Of a stretch of 64,000 bases of DNA, positions 25,046 through 40,003 are shown in pieces; position 1 is the stretch's first letter, and every line of letters begins with the position of its first letter. This DNA is from Marsupella aquatica (Eukaryota > Plantae > Marchantiophyta): assembly GCA_973895155.1 (NCBI GenBank), contig OZ316896.1, positions 23,766,600 through 23,830,599 of the forward strand, given 5' to 3'. The position numbers and the translations under genes are program-made. The notes beneath the pieces are model-generated. The model worked only from the letters and a program-made list of their open reading frames with translations, was not told the origin of the DNA and made no database searches.

Positions 25046-28000
25046 CTAGAAAAACACAAGCCCCTTTCCAGCTGTGGCGAATAAACTGTACTCAGCAGTA
25101 GTTGTACTGACGGCTGTGCTCCCACCTGAAGTTTCGTTCAAGGGTCCACATTTGCTAATATCTGACAGACTTTCCATTCCCTTGTCAAATGTAGTCTCGT
25201 TCGATGGAGCGACTAAAGCAGAAGGTTCTAGGTCGTTTTGAGTCACTGCTACAGGACCACCAAAATGGAACAGGGAGAAGCCTGTTGTGTCCACTTGGAC
25301 CGGGGAGTCATTCAAATCGTCCTTTTCCCCTTCAGCAACATTTGAGGTTGTAGAGGCAGCTGTCTCAGCTGGTACAGAAAGATTGTCTCTACTTTGGATG
25401 ACAGTAATTGTTTCAGCAACTGGCACGGAAGATATTCCTTTACTCTCCCCAGGATCGGGTTCCTTACCATCAATCCCACCAGCAGGTCCACCACCAAATC
25501 TTGAGAGGAATATAGAGTCGCGTAAATGTAGTGTATTGAGACAGTTTGGGAGGTGTCCGATACCTGTACCTTGTGCACCACTTGGTGGAAGGCAAAGGGG
25601 TGACAAACACCCCATAGATTGCGCCAAGCTATTAGTTCCAGGTATCAAGAAACCTCCTGGCTGAGGTAGAGGTAGTACACCGTTTCTTGCTCCCCATGAT
25701 ACATGTCCCTGATAGTAGCCAAAACTGGAATGAGGATGCACGTGAATCGGAGCTGGCATCATGGTGGGAATGTGGACATGTCGGACAGAACTTTGCGACA
25801 ACATCTCCGTGGAAGACAATACGTTTTGAACCACTATTGATTCATTACCGTGCTTTCCTTCGGGCGTTATAAACTGAGATCCTGTAACATCATTAGGTTG
25901 ATTACAAGAGGTTTCTTCAACCTCTGGTGATCGGAGACACTTTCCAAACACTATCCCGCAATTTGCATCAGCACCGTTCACCCCTAACTTGGCCTGCACG
26001 TTGACATTGACGCTTTGCTCACTTCCCCTGTCGTTTACAACCAAGTCTAACGCCGAAACTAGACCTGCTTGGCCTGGAGGATCACCACCCAGCGTACTGT
26101 GGGTCTTAGCCAAGTTTTTACTACTGCTAGGCTCTGCATTTCCAATTCCAACAGGAGTGGGAGAGTTTTGTTGGCCTTGCCCATGTTCCTGAGCCTGTCG
26201 AAAATCACTCACTAGACTTTCCGTGGATGCTATGGCCACCCCTGGCTTTCCTTGATCGACAATATCTGGTGGTCTCGCCCTTCCTGTTGGTCTAATTGAT
26301 ATCCCATTATTGTTTCCATGAGAGAGGGTGCGATCTACAAAAGAAGCACTTCGTGAAATTGGACCTGCTAGTGTATTTGAATTATGCAGAATCCAAGGCG
26401 ACTTGCTGGACACACCATTTTCATTAGCAGAATGTACAAAAGCACGATTTGGTGGCTGATGCCTACCGTTTGGCGTGCTCCCAGGAAGCTCCCCAACAGA
26501 TGCACTCCTACTGTGACCTTGCCTTGCCACCTCCATAACATCTGAATCAATCTTTTCCTGTTGCCTCTCTCCCTTTCTCTCAGAAGAGAGTACTGTATAT
26601 ACCTTGCCTTTAGACCCATCAAGTTTATCTTGCGGGCGTACCAAATTATAGTTAACATTAATGGACAATCCCCTTCCACCAAAATCTACCGTCTCCCCAA
26701 TCTTACTTGGAATCTCCTTACCGCCTACTTTCGACGCGCTTCGATGGTTTTCCTTTGCTCTCAAATTCGTTTGTGATCCCCCACATCCACACTGCGGGAA
26801 GTCATCCAAACTAAGTGGTGCATCACCATTGCGGCGGTGCCAGCTATCCAGACATTTCGGTCCATCTGCCTCGTATCTATGACCAGTGTTCTTTGCCTGT
26901 AATAGCCGACTTGGAACCTTATGCTGGATAGGGCTATTTTCCACACCTGGTGCTGGTGCTACCCTTGTAGGATTTCGGGCCTCAACTGGGTCCAGAGTTT
27001 CTCTTCTGGACTGTCCCATTCGATTTCCTTCTGATGTCTGAGCTTGTCTACCTTGAGACCTCCTTTTGGATGACTTCGTCCGCTCTACAATAAAAGCTCC
27101 ATTGCCATCTCTCAAGCTCAGGGTATCTTCAATATCAAGCGCAGTAGACGAGAAATCGAGATTGTCTCCACGTCGAGTTTCACTATCAGCTCCATCAGCT
27201 GAAGGCCTCGCCTCTGCCATGTCTGGTGACGGGGGTCTTGCAGAGAGGATATCTATATCACATAGGGAACTCTCTTCATCCAGATCAGCAGAATTCTGCT
27301 CTGGGTCTTCAATGTCAGCGGATACTCCCGAGACAGACCCATTCGGGGTTGTCTTTGAAGAATGACTCTTGCACTTCTCTTTCTCTCGATCTTTTCCTTT
27401 AAGTTTCTCTTTCCTCCTAAGCTTCTTCTCTTTTTCTTTCAATTTTCTGCGTTCTCTCCTTTCCTCCTCTTCACGCTTTTCATCTTCTTCCTCCTCTAGA
27501 AGCTTGTTCTGTAGGGGCAAGCAAAGAAGACCACCCATCAGATTTTAGTGATGCTAACTGTGCACTGAAATTCGCAGCTCAATCGCTTCATTGTAGTATT
27601 CAGATGTTTGACGGGTTAGATATTAATGACATAACATCCTGCTCTGCAAAACAAGAACATAAGGCGGACCTGCTTTTCCAGTGTGGTGATCTCTTTGCAA
27701 GCCACACGAACACGTTCTTCTAGCAGGCTAAGGGCAAGACAGACAAAAATGCTATGAGCATTTTGCCTTGCAGTACCCTCTCGGAATGCCTTCTCCACCT
27801 GATATAAACAGTGCACAACAGCTGAGTAACAGTACGAAGTGGACAGGCGTCATAAGCTAAAAACATAACAAATATGCAGGTAATGAGCTCGAAAGCCCGT
27901 CCTGTAATCGGAATACCAAGCCCAAGTAGGTCTGCACATTTGAATCCTGTAGAGAGCTGGTGTGTTTAGATCCCAGCAGATCTATCATATAACTTCACCT

Positions 28001-31000
28001 GCTCTTTAAAAATCACTGTAGCAGCATCTAGAAGGAAATCTCGCGCGAGCTCAGGACTCTTTGCATGCTTCTGTGGTCGGGTTCCTTCGCCATCTAATTC
28101 ATTTCCATCCTTGTCCATGGAGTCATCATCCTACAAGTCAAAGAAACAAATACTTAACCCTCATTCATGTCTTACGATATTCTAGATAACATCTCCCAAC
28201 TCCGAAGCAAACAGTCAATAATGGACGACACTGGGACCGTCATCTCACCTCTTCCTCTTCTATCTCCTCAGCACGTTCGAAAAAACGCTGAATGCTCTCT
28301 CCTTTCGTGATTGATACATAACCATCACCCACAATAAGACGCCGATGAACACAAAGTTGCCCCTTCACGGCATGGGCTTTCGCTTGCAGCTCGGTATATC
28401 GCCCATCACGTTTGCAGCCTCTAACTGTGATGTAACAAGCTGCAGTGTTACCCAGATCAAGACCTTCAACGTGAATACTCTCGGACAGGCCAACATTCTC
28501 GAACCCCAAGATATCTGATTTTCCTTCTGCAGTCCCAAGAGCCCACTCAAAGTGTTGGTACACGCTACCACCATCCCCTGCAAAACAATCCCGCCAGTCC
28601 ACTTGTACCACACTATCTGAAACCTGCAGAAAGCAATGTCCTGAAGTCAAGTAAAGCCATAACAAAGTTCTTACAGAATGCAGCAAATGACGAATCAGCT
28701 ACCGATGAAGAATGCTTGTAAATGGGAACAGAAGAAGACGACAGATCTCTTACGCAAACAAAAGATAGGAATGCACCTCGTATCTAAATGCAATGTCGGC
28801 AGCACAAAACCACCGGGTACACCTTGGCTCTTTTCGAGTTCGCTTCAGCTCTTTCATCTCCTTAAACTCCCGCAAGACATTTCGCCGGCAATCTCGACAG
28901 AATCGCTTACTATCAAATCTGTAGCGAACACACGCACTAAGACATGGATCAACGCTTTACAACTCTCTTCAGAATTATTGCACGAATTACAACAAAAAAC
29001 AGACAAAGCGACTCAACACGCCAGGCAAATTTTATTATTCACCTAAAATGGGCACAAAATCTAGAAAACTCAAACATTGCTATGGCACCCTCAAATGATA
29101 ACTACCGCACAGAGCCATGACTTTCGAGAGGAAAGGGCTGCTCTGATGAATTATAGACACCAGGTTCGGAGTCCAGTTCATACTCTGGGTAAACACACTG
29201 TACCATGTCATAAGATTAACATATTGAAACTTTACTAAGAGTTTCTGAATTTAAAGTCGTTATCATGTTGATCATTTTGAGGCACTGATCCTTGTTGATT
29301 CCTCCGCAATTCCAGCCCCTTTTGTGTAAGTATAGAAGGGATGTCTTAACTACCTGAACATAAGTCTTTCAATAAAATCTTCCTCTTTCATTCGCAACAG
29401 TGAGCGTCTGGTTTCTTCTCCCAACGCAGACCAGAAGTCAACTAAAGCCTCACAAGAGAGTCTCGCAGTATGAAGAGCACAAGTCTCTTTCATCCCGTGG
29501 CCTCTTCCATTACCTCCAAAACTTCCACTGCTCTGGCTAATCCAACCTCTTCCTCCTCCTCCACAAGCATCGGGATAGAGCAGTTCCCGTTCACGCTCTC
29601 TTGCACGTGCACTTTCAAAAACCTAACAAAAACCATACAAATTAGGTGCCTACCATGGCAAGAACATAAACCTCAAACCAAAATCTGGAAACCCTAGAAA
29701 GTTCCTGAAGTCGACGAGCATCCAAATGTGAACGACTTGCTCCAGAAAAAACTTTCCGAGTCTTTTAGCCCTAGAGGAAAATCCAAAAGTTTCTTGACAT
29801 TCAAACAACAATCAAGGAATCTGGTAGGTACATTCTGCAGCACCTCAAGCGGTGTCCCATCCAGGAAGCAGTCCAAAACTGTAAGCATACTGTCACGAGT
29901 GGCTGCCAGCCCACCCCAAGGGTGAACTGAAGGATCCCTGGTCTCATCCTGTAAGCTTGACTTTTCTCCGTTGGTGCCAACCTCTGATAGGTGTTTGTTG
30001 CATGCACTTGAACCATTTCTATAGCCAAGTAGACCCGCTTGCAAATTCTTCCCGTATGAAACTATCTGAGCATACCCTTCCACTAAAAGGCCATGGCACC
30101 GTGAGCAGTACAAGTTTTTGCGAACTTGCTCAAAAAGTGACTGCTTATCAATTCGAAGAAGCTCGCGACGTGCAGCTGAAGAGAGTCCGCTCCAAAACTG
30201 CTCACAAGGAAGCATGATTTCATGGTTAAATACTAGAGAGAGCAAGATGAGCACAAACTTCAAAAACCCCAGCCACAGACTAACTTGCGAGAAATGACAA
30301 AAGATGTGCAGATTCAAATTCACTAGTCAGTTCCAATACTGGATACTATATTTCAAGTACTTTTCAAATATGCCTTGTCCTTGCGGATGAGTACTGTATG
30401 TACAGCTAGGTACACCGCAATTAAATATGGGGATCCTAATGTCCAAAGTTAAAGAACAAAGGTCTCCAGTTTCCACTAGTACCCAATAAAAGGCCCATTT
30501 GACTTGCAAACACATCAATCACACATCTAATAATCTTTCCAATGAGGTTTTTGGCACTTCCTGTAAGGCTTCTTCAGTCTAATATCTCCAACAGTTTCAA
30601 GCTCAAACTCCGATCCACTAATACTTATCTACTAGTGCAAAGACGGTGTACGATAGAAAAATTCGTCATTTAGACGAATCGCAAAAACATTCGATGCGTG
30701 ATCCATCCTTTCGATCGTCAATTTTGGTGCATAACATTAGGGACAGTCAACAGCAGTTACGCTGCAGATGCATTGCAGAACGGTAGGAAACTGATCAAAT
30801 AGTATAAGATAAGAGCGAATGCGGCGACGAATAACACCAACTCTACAACAGCGGGGTTTGATGATCAATGGCGCAGCATCCTAGGAAACTAATGTAGCTG
30901 TCAGATTCACAAACCCCACAAGATAGCAACCTTGTTTTCCGTGTTGCAGTAAGTTTAGGACTACTAAGAAACGAAGTGTACACATTGTAATCCAACTGCC

Positions 31001-31641
31001 CACACAAAAGGAACGGAGAAACCAAATCATGAATTAGACGGTTGCCTGACTGAAGCTGAGAATGATTAATTGGACCTCGGAGACCGCATCAAATGACCAT
31101 GCAACCAAAAAGTGAATCAGCCTATCAATTCGTCTGTCACATGACAAAATCAATCTCTTCGCCGCTACTCACAAAAGGAACTCATTAGATTATGATGACG
31201 CAGCAGGCCCACAATTAAAAACTACAATCAGTGCTTGTTCTGCTCTTGATGATTATTGCACAAAGTCGCATAGAACCCTAATTGCTAGATAATCCACACG
31301 TCAAGTGTCGTGGAGAATAGTAGCTCATATATTCATTCAGGCACTCTCAAAGGCACGACGCAGGATTTATCAACTGACATCGTCGGATCCCCTTTCAGGA
31401 CGACGAAAACCCTCGGCCTGAAGCGGGCTGCGTATCTTTTCATTTTTCAAAAACGAAAGAAGGGGGCAAAGATACTTGGCAAGTGAACATTCTCTAGGAA
31501 TTTGAAATCCACCTTATGCAGCTGCGACAGGCTGACATCATCGGTGGTAGAGCGAGCCCATACAGCGGAACGGCCATCAGCCACAAACAACTGTGACGGA
31601 GAAGATGCACGATGCGAATGTAGAGCCTTCAGACTCGGCAT
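25046..31641 (-). CDS. Conserved plant protein of unknown function (At3g58050/At2g41960-like), 8 exons
   Basis: Exons 31513-31641, 29832-30197, 29354-29622, 28777-28918, 28249-28623, 27999-28130, 27670-27798, 25046-27508, all with GT-AG borders in frame. Motifs ELLRIDKQSLFEQ, YCSRCHGLL, RELLYPDACGGGGRGW, RFCRDCRRN, AFREGTARQNAHSIF, FSLFHFGGP, EYSLFA. Confidence 0.88.
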
Positions 31642-34099
31642 CTTCATGTCCTTCAATCTCCGCTCTTCCTTCTAGCCATCTGCTCTTCCCTCCCATACAC
31701 CTACCTTCAGTAGAACTTCCTTTCAACTCTTCGGCCAGATCTTCAGCAACAAACCCTCCTCTGACTACACTGGCAATCGAAGGCTTTTCGACGAATGCTG
31801 CTGCCGACAAGAAATGATTCCAGCTCTCCAGATCCTAATGTGCCTGCGGACATAATCATCCGATTAACCTATCGGTTTAGTAGGGGGCACATATACTCTC
31901 CTCTCACATACGTCGCCGTCACCAGGATCGCATTCAAACGAGCACACGTTTATCAACCTCCGAAAGGAACCACATCCAGGCTCTAAATAGCTCCCGCGTA
32001 TTGCAAAGCGTATATCAGATCCATCCCAAGCTCTTGACAGAATCCGACCAAACGAACCGATCCAAGACCATTCGCATGGAAAAACACAAAATCCGGCCTC
32101 GATTCCTCTCGCAAACTTCAATCCGCCAATTTCGGCTGCTCTCAGATCCTCATATCCTTCACCTTGCTTCGCTCCAAGAGAGGCACAACGTCTGACCGGA
32201 TTCTCTCTGATTGAATTCCTCCTCACCACAGCTCTGCGCTGCCAAAACGAGACCGATTAAAAGCTGGCAAGGTGTCTGTTCCGATGGTAAATCTCGTCTG
32301 TGGCAAATCTCCACCAAAGAGTAGCAGCGCAATCGGGAGGAGAAGCGAGGAGAGGAGAGGAAGGGGAGGAAGAGAGAGGAGGGAATAAGCGAGGAGAAGA
32401 GCAGCACAGAGTTAGAAATACCATCCAGGGCAAGAGGAAGGAGAGAGAATTGGTGCCTGCCATGACGACATGAGACACGACATGATACCAATGTGTCGAT
32501 AAACAAAGTCACTTTCACCAAGAGCAAGGAGAGGAGAGGAGGAAAATGAGAGAAGAGAAGAACAGGACCGAGCAGGAATAGGATCCAGGGCAGGAAGAGC
32601 AGAGGGAGGCCAGAGAATTGGTGCTTGCCATGACGACATGAGACAATGGGCAGGTAAACAAAGTTACTTTTACCACAGGTAAATTCTAGCCGGGTAATTC
32701 CATGTGCTACTTCCTTCCACCTGACGGGTAAACTGGCGAGTGGTTTCCCGGTCCCGGGAAGACCCAGGAAGACCCGGGAAGACAAAAACTATCACGGCAT
32801 TTCGCATTTGCCTTCCGTTACTGCACTCCCCTCTTCCCTTCTGTGAAGTGTGTGTGAAGGCCAGGCCCTTCTCTTAGGTTCGCCTACATTGTTACTCCCT
32901 AATACATAGTTAGTGGATTTCCTTAGAGTGTAAGATCTTGAAGGTACTCCAGTTCTTCTCCTCCACCTATAGGATAATTAATTTTTAGGGGGTCTCAAAT
33001 ATTGGGTCAGAGCAGTCCGTCGGGGCCTCTGTCCAACTCTCATAACTCAGCCCACGGGAGAGATCCGTGGGTCTACCAACCTTTGTGGACCTAAATTTTA
33101 AGGTCCCGTAAGAGTTAGCCTGCAGACAGTTGAGGTCCTTGTGGCCAAACCTGCATATCGCCAAATTTTGAACACCACTAACCTATCGCGCCAAGACATA
33201 AACAGCCAAGACACAAAGATGATTAAGACTTGAATGTTTGGTGGGATGCGGATTTGAAAAGCATGGAGATGGAGCATTTTCTGCCAGAGGAGTCGAGCAA
33301 TGTTGAGAGTTTGATTGTAGGAATGGGCTCTAGATCTGCTTTCGTCACACGTGGTTCGCAGTCCTATGTCTGTGTAGGAGCTCATGACACAACCAATCTG
33401 TGCGTACCAATCTTCACCTGCACATCTAGGCATGGCAACAACCAAGGCACACGAGGAGGAGGAGGAGGAGGTAACCAGGCAATAGGGATGAAGTTAACTA
33501 GGAAAGATTATGCTCTCAGTGTGGATTACTTAGGGTAGGTTCCCACCAAAAGTTAGGGATAGTTAGAGTGACTGAGAGTTAACTATCATGAATTATAGAA
33601 AGTTGTGACACAGGCAATGTGTCAGTTACACTTGATCAACTAGTAGATTAGGACATGATATACAGTCATTAGGATCATATACGTCATATAGAAAGGAAAA
33701 TATGTAGTGATTTAGCAATTATGATTAGGCTAGGAATAGGATAGTCAGCATATTGAGTGTTGATTAGGATGCGCACTATTATGTCCATTTGTTGTACCTT
33801 GGCGACGGCAGAGTGAAAGACAGTTTGTTATGGCTAATCATGCTTGGACTCAAGGCAATCACCTCAACCAGGAGATGGCGGCTGAGAGTACGAAGCGATG
33901 TCATGTCCAAGTCCCCTTGTGAGCACCCATAAGAACCCCTTTGGTGGCTCGTCAGCTCATTCGTTACTTTGCGCCTTGCCATTTTTTGCCTATTCCGCCT
34001 TCTGCTCACACTTACGTTCAACTATCACTCAAGTAGACATTGTTTTTCTTCAAGTAGACATTGTTTTTCTTCAAGGGAAACCAAAGGTTATTGTGCATT

Positions 34100-35700
34100 G
34101 TAACAGAATCCAACTAGTACACGCAATATAAGGCAATCGCTGGAGGTACCTACGGGACGAGTGCAAACCTACCAAGAGGAGGAGCAAGTGTTGCAAGGCA
34201 AACGATCACTACCAACAGTGAAGGTTAGTATGACCCTTACCGCTCTTGGATTCTGGACCCTGTTTGGGGAGATAGCAGCCAAGTTATCTGAGACTTATTG
34301 GTATTCTTACCCCGAGAAGGTTGTTTATGAACAAAGGTATGCTAAGTTGGTGATCAAGGTAGCACATCAACTGCAATAAGGCAGCTCTCACCACAGGTTT
34401 GGGCTACAACAAAACCTGGGACTACATTACCAAGCTATTCATCGGCGAGGATGGATTTTGGTTTGTGACATAGGCAATTTTGGAGATGCTGAACAAGTTT
34501 TACAAGATTGACCTAGGCAGAATTCGACAAGATTCCGGGCTACATTGATCAGCAGCTCATAGCCGAGCAAAGAGAGGAGATCAACAATCCAAGAGAGACA
34601 GCGCAGAACCTCACTCTCCTTGGTGAAAGCTTGAACGCTTTTAGCTTGGAAATGGCTACTCCCACCAGCCGAATTCCTGTTACCAGACCTCCACCTCCCT
34701 TGACTAAAAGAATACCAATCATTCTGGCTCAGGTACACTCTGCGGACAATGCAGAGTACTATGCAGGGTTATCCCAAGAGAATAGTCTGCGTCTGAATAA
34801 GCAGGCACAAAAGAAGAAGAAGAAGACAATGTATGGTCCTGACCAGCCAGTGTGGGCTACGCCTACCCCGCCCAACTTGGGGCCTCCTACTCTGATGCTA
34901 GTCCCCGGCCCGACGCACCCCAGCCCAACCCAACCGGCCCCCCTTCCAAGAAGAATCTTGCCCCCTTGGAGCAACCCTTACTGGGCATAATCTGTGTCCT
35001 TGAAGCCCAATGGGAGGCGATCAAGTCCGCAGCCCATACGGACTACCTGAAGGAGCATCACCTGGATAAATTTACTCACTTAAATTGGCGGTCTACCGCA
35101 TTTGGGCCACGGGAGATTCGGGAGTTCATTGAGAACTTCAACATGAAGACCCAAACTACAAAGGTGGTGGGACAAACCTTGTCCCTCATAGAGTACTGGT
35201 TAGCCCAAATATTTTCTCTACCGACAGGAGCAGTGTCTATGGATTTAAGGATTCAGGATAAGGAGTACGTGCCCCAACATTTCAACCCGATGGGTAAAAC
35301 GGACAATGGGTACAACCAGGCTGGGGTTGTGTACCAACCTGACCTGCATGGAGTAGCTTAACTTCATCAGGTCTACACTACACATGATTGAGCCTTGGTC
35401 CGAGATCTCCCTCTGGCATGATTATGCAGGTGGAGGAGTACAAGAATCAGACTTGGGCGCAATTCTTTAGCCGCCAATTCTTGGGGGAGCTAAAGCGTGC
35501 TAAGACAGGCTTGCACATTGGAGGAAAGATTTTGGCTTTTGATGTGTTCTACATCAGAGCAATGAAGTACCCAACCTGTTGTCGCTCATTGCAATACTCA
35601 ATTCTTGGGCACTCATTCCAAGAAGTATGCCAACATCCCACAAGTTCACATGGAGAGGGGCAGGGCATCCGTGAATGATATCAAATATAACTAACCTACA
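34100..35700 (+). mobile_element. Degenerate retrotransposon-associated ORF remnant
   Basis: Broken ORFs; IREFIENF...VVGQTLSL...LAQIFSLPTG resembles accessory ORFs of plant LTR elements. Boundaries uncertain. Confidence 0.4.
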
Positions 35701-37319
35701 TTTCAACACCGGGGCCTCTGCATGTGTGGTACATGTACATTCAACACACTTGGAGTGGATGCAACCACTTGGGAGCCGATGAGGACGTGCCTAATAGATA
35801 AACTTGTGTGGGTTAGGCTTAGGAGCAACATAGTTGCCAATCCATATTAATGCTGGAGGAAATGACACACTCACCCTTGTCTCTACTATCCTTGACTTGT
35901 GAAAGGCAGGTCCACTCTCGCATCTTTCCCCATGAGAACATCACTTACTTTCAGACCATATAAATGTTGAGCAAAGGGATTCCACACAAGCTATATGCCA
36001 TAGCAAAACTCACCAAAAGATCATTTTTTTGAGCTTAGAACTCAAATCTGTAGAGCAATTGATATTTGTAGTAAGAGCCCACAAAACTTGGCTGCTGTCC
36101 CTCTGACTTGTCGCAAGCTTGAGCTATGTCATTTGTAGAGCCCACAAAACCTAATTGTTGTTCCTCTTCATTGCCGCAAGCTTGAGCTATGGCATTCGTG
36201 GCCCACATCACGCATGAAAGTGGGGCAAAGATTTTGGCCATAGCGGGTTTGAAAGTGTTTGGACTGTTTGGGCCAAAAACAACCACCAGGAAATAGTCAT
36301 ATCCGACGACAAAGCTGTTCAGGCGACACCTGGGAGTGCAGCACAAAGTTGCAGCTACGTCTACCCAAACCTAACACGACAGTTCGTGAAAACACCCTGG
36401 TCCGATATTTGAGACCCCCTATTAAGGTCTGGGCAAGGGGTTACTAGGCTGTAACCCTATGACTAGAAAGTGAGGTCTGGGCAAGGGGTTACTAGGCTTT
36501 AAACATGTGACAGAAAGTGAAAGAACAATTGACTGGCTAGCTAGGAAGCTTTGCTAAGCATTATGGAAGCAGGGTTCAGACTAGAACCCTCACCTAGATC
36601 ATCTTTATATTACATACATTAGCCCAATTACTTGTTCCTTGAACATAAATAGTTTCAAAAACACAAAAAAATCTTGAAATCAAATAATTATATACTATTT
36701 CCCTTCATTTTTGCCCCATCCTTGGTTTTTGTTCACCCTTATTTTATTTTTGTCTTTATGAGAATCAATGTCACTTTTGTTCATCTTTGCTCCTGTCCCT
36801 ATTTTTTGTCCACCCTCATTTTAAGTGTTGTACTTATTAACAATCAATGTCAATTTTGTCTTTATTAAGAGTTCCGATCTAGAGCCCGGTCTAGAGGCTT
36901 CACTCTAGATCATAGGCCTTGAAAGTAGTTTCCCTTGGCTAATTATTAGTAAGATGTGGTTCGGGATAAAATAACTGATCACAAGTTTTAGGGCAACAGA
37001 TTATGGATATGGGAAGGACTTCCAAAAGTGATCATATATTGGGAGCCTGTACTTTGTATTGCATTAATGTTTATTTCTACTTTTCAGGGAAATCTTTACT
37101 GAAATGTTGAAAGCTCCTCCACAGTTACGACTCACCACCATTCCAGAAATGAGTGGTACTGGATTGGAGTATTCAGTCAAAGTGTTGTGACTTGCAAAGA
37201 AGGTGTTTGGTGGTCAGAGCTTGCCATAGGTAATGGGACAACGTGAGCCGTTACAAGTTGACTGACAACTGTCAAGCTTTCCTTCGAGAAGATGTACTCT
37301 ATGGTAGTGCTTCTCCCAA

Positions 37320-37645
37320 ATGTTTTTGATTATATTTCACTTGCAAAGTTGTTCAAAGAGTAAACAATGTTTTTTAGTTGTAAGCTATCTCCACCCCAAA
37401 ACCTGTTGCTTGGTATTAATGTTAAAATTGTTGAACTTGCAACTGATTTACGTGAGTTCTAAGTACCAAGGATTATATGGATTTTTAGTGAAAAGTTCTA
37501 CTTTGACACCAAAACATTTTTTAATTGTATTTCTCTTGCAAGGCTATTCAAAGAGTGAACAACGTTTTTAAGTTGTAAGCTATCTTAATCCCAAAGTTGT
37601 AGCTTGGTATTATTGTTAAATTGTTAACTTGCAAACGATTCACCT
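37320..37645. repeat. Diverged tandem duplication, period ~195 bp
   Basis: ttgcaa...ttcaaagagt...gttgtaagctatct...gcttggtatta...gttaaa...aacttgcaa occurs near 37340 and 37535. Confidence 0.75.
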
Positions 37646-37728
37646 TGGTTTTCATTACTTAAGATGATAGTGATTTTCCTCCTAACCCTCCCTCCAATTA
37701 TATTACAACACAACTGACCCAATGCTCA

Positions 37729-37965
37729 GGGGGGTCACTTTCATGGAAGCTACATATCACGTGCGATGAAGTATAGGGCCATTTAAATGGTTTTGGCGGA
37801 AGACTTATTAAGTCTTCAATGGAAACATAGGGTTATTTAATTGCAAAATGCATATGTGTCATCACATGATTGGTGTCGTACAACTTTATAGAAAGTGACT
37901 GAAGGGGGTCATAAATGACCCAAACCGTCGCAGGTGATGTATGACCCTTCATACAGTGACCCCCC
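37729..37965. repeat. Small MITE-like element
   Basis: GGGGGGTCACT...AGTGACCCCCC inverted termini, imperfectly extended by ...GAAG / CTTC... Confidence 0.5.
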
Positions 37966-37999
37966 CCGCCCCAGACCCAATGACCATGCGTTGCATGAA

Positions 38000-38480
38000 A
38001 GATTTTGAGGTGAGGGCTAGATGTCGAGGAGAGGGTTAGATGTCAAGGAGAGGACCAGATGTTGAGGACAAAGGAAAGACGGTGAGGTGAGGGGAAATAT
38101 GTTGAGGTGAAGGCAACAAGTTGAGGCAATGGCAAGATGTTGAGGTGATCAAGGGCAAGATGTGGAGGTGAGACAAAGATGTCAAGGTGAGGTCAAGATG
38201 TCGAGGAGAGGCAAATATGTTGAGCAAAGGGAAAGATGTGGAGCAGAGAGAAAGATGTAGAGGTGAGGGCAAGATGTCAAGGCGAGGCGAGGGAAAGATG
38301 TCGAGACCAGGGAAAGATGGTGAGGTGAGAGCAAGATGTCAGAGTGACACAAAGATGTTGAGGAAAATGTAGACGCTAAGATGATGCAAAGATGTAGAGG
38401 CAAGGCCAAAATGCAGAAGACAAGTTTAGATGTAGAGGTGAGACAAAGATGTGGGGGTGAGGCAACATTGTCAAGGTGAG
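38000..38480. repeat. Degenerate tandem array of ~18-20-bp AAGATGT(T/C)GAGG units
   Basis: Roughly 20 or more imperfect copies of caagatgt.gagg.gag. Confidence 0.85.
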
Positions 38481-40003
38481 GCTCAATACTGCCAACAACC
38501 ATAAGGTGAGGCTCAATCACCCCTGTGCACAGAAATTGTCCCTGCCTTTGGGTCAATGCCGTTGAGAGGAAGTGTTGTTGAGAGAGAGTGTTTTCAAAAG
38601 AGAGCGTTGTGGATGCAAAATGATTGTATTTGAATAGTAAATCTAAAAATACCGTCAAACAAAAACTTTTCTGAGAGATATAGTTGATTGGAAATCTTTT
38701 TCAAGCAAAAGTGATGATGCATGAAAATGTTATCATTTGAAAATGTTGTTGTAGTCTTGAAAATCTTGCTTTTGGTTACACATTGTTGATGAAGAAGATA
38801 GTAAAAAAATAGCAAAATATATACAGACCATGGGAAGGGCAGAAGTTTAATTCTTTTATTTTTTTCTTTTAGAAAAGGTGGGGCTGGATTCCAGAACACA
38901 ATCAGGGGATGGAAGCCGCCCAGGGGAGGGGGAGAGCCCAAAGGTCCAACCCAACCAGGCACAACAGGTCAGAAGTTTGACTAATGGGAAGCAAAATAAG
39001 CCATAGGGGGCATTAGAAGGGAGACATAAAATGAATGACCTATATATAAATGTCTAAAAAATGGGAGAACCAATTTAATGGTGTGCCAACCCAATGCAAA
39101 GTGAGAGGGTGGTGGATGATTTGCCATGAAATTCAATCCCCCACCTCTCCAAAATAAATGCAATGTGGGAGGGGCTAGGGTGAACAGACAATAAACCCTA
39201 AACACCTTATGTTTATAGGCTAAAAACAATTTTCAACCATTACGAAATAAAGCTAATTTCCCAAGAAAACAGAAACCCCTCACCCCTCTACCAAAAAAAC
39301 AGTTGGGTTGCAACTTTTCTTGGAGGAACTTCACCATGTGTCCTTTCTTAAAAAAAATTTGAAGTTGGTAGGAATGCTTGAAAGAAAGAGGATCTAGAAA
39401 AAGAACATTAGTTGCCTTGTGTTGTTGGAGAGTTTCACCATGTGATAAGAATAAAATCAATACTTCAAAAATATAGTGAAAACGAACACTCAGATAGAGG
39501 ACTGTACTTGTTGCACAATGCTTGAGACAACACGATGATCAAGGTCATGAGAAAGTGAGCTAATTGTGCCAGAGAGTACAGTCCTCTCAAGGACCAGGAT
39601 AAGTACCCTCACCTTTCCTTGTGGAAATCTGTACTCCTTACCAAAGCATGAGGGTGTGAGAATCTGTACTCCTTACCAAAGAAGGAGGGTGTATGGAGGG
39701 GTTTTTTTTTTTAATCAAACGGTTGGAAATAAACACCAGTAGATTGAAAGACATCATTCCTGCCCAAACTCATTTTTGTAAGGGTATTTTTGTAGGGGGA
39801 TTGAGTATTATAGTAGTTTGATAGTGAAGTCTCCCGTGGGATTACCAATGGGCTGGCTAAGGTGGTCTTGGGATGCCGGTTGTTTTATCAGCACACGGTT
39901 CAGCAAGAGGTTAGCCTGGAGGGGCCAAGACAGCAGTCCAGTACAGAAAACCAATGATCACAGTGAAGGTATTCACTGGCTTTGAGGTGCAATGAAACGC
40001 CCC

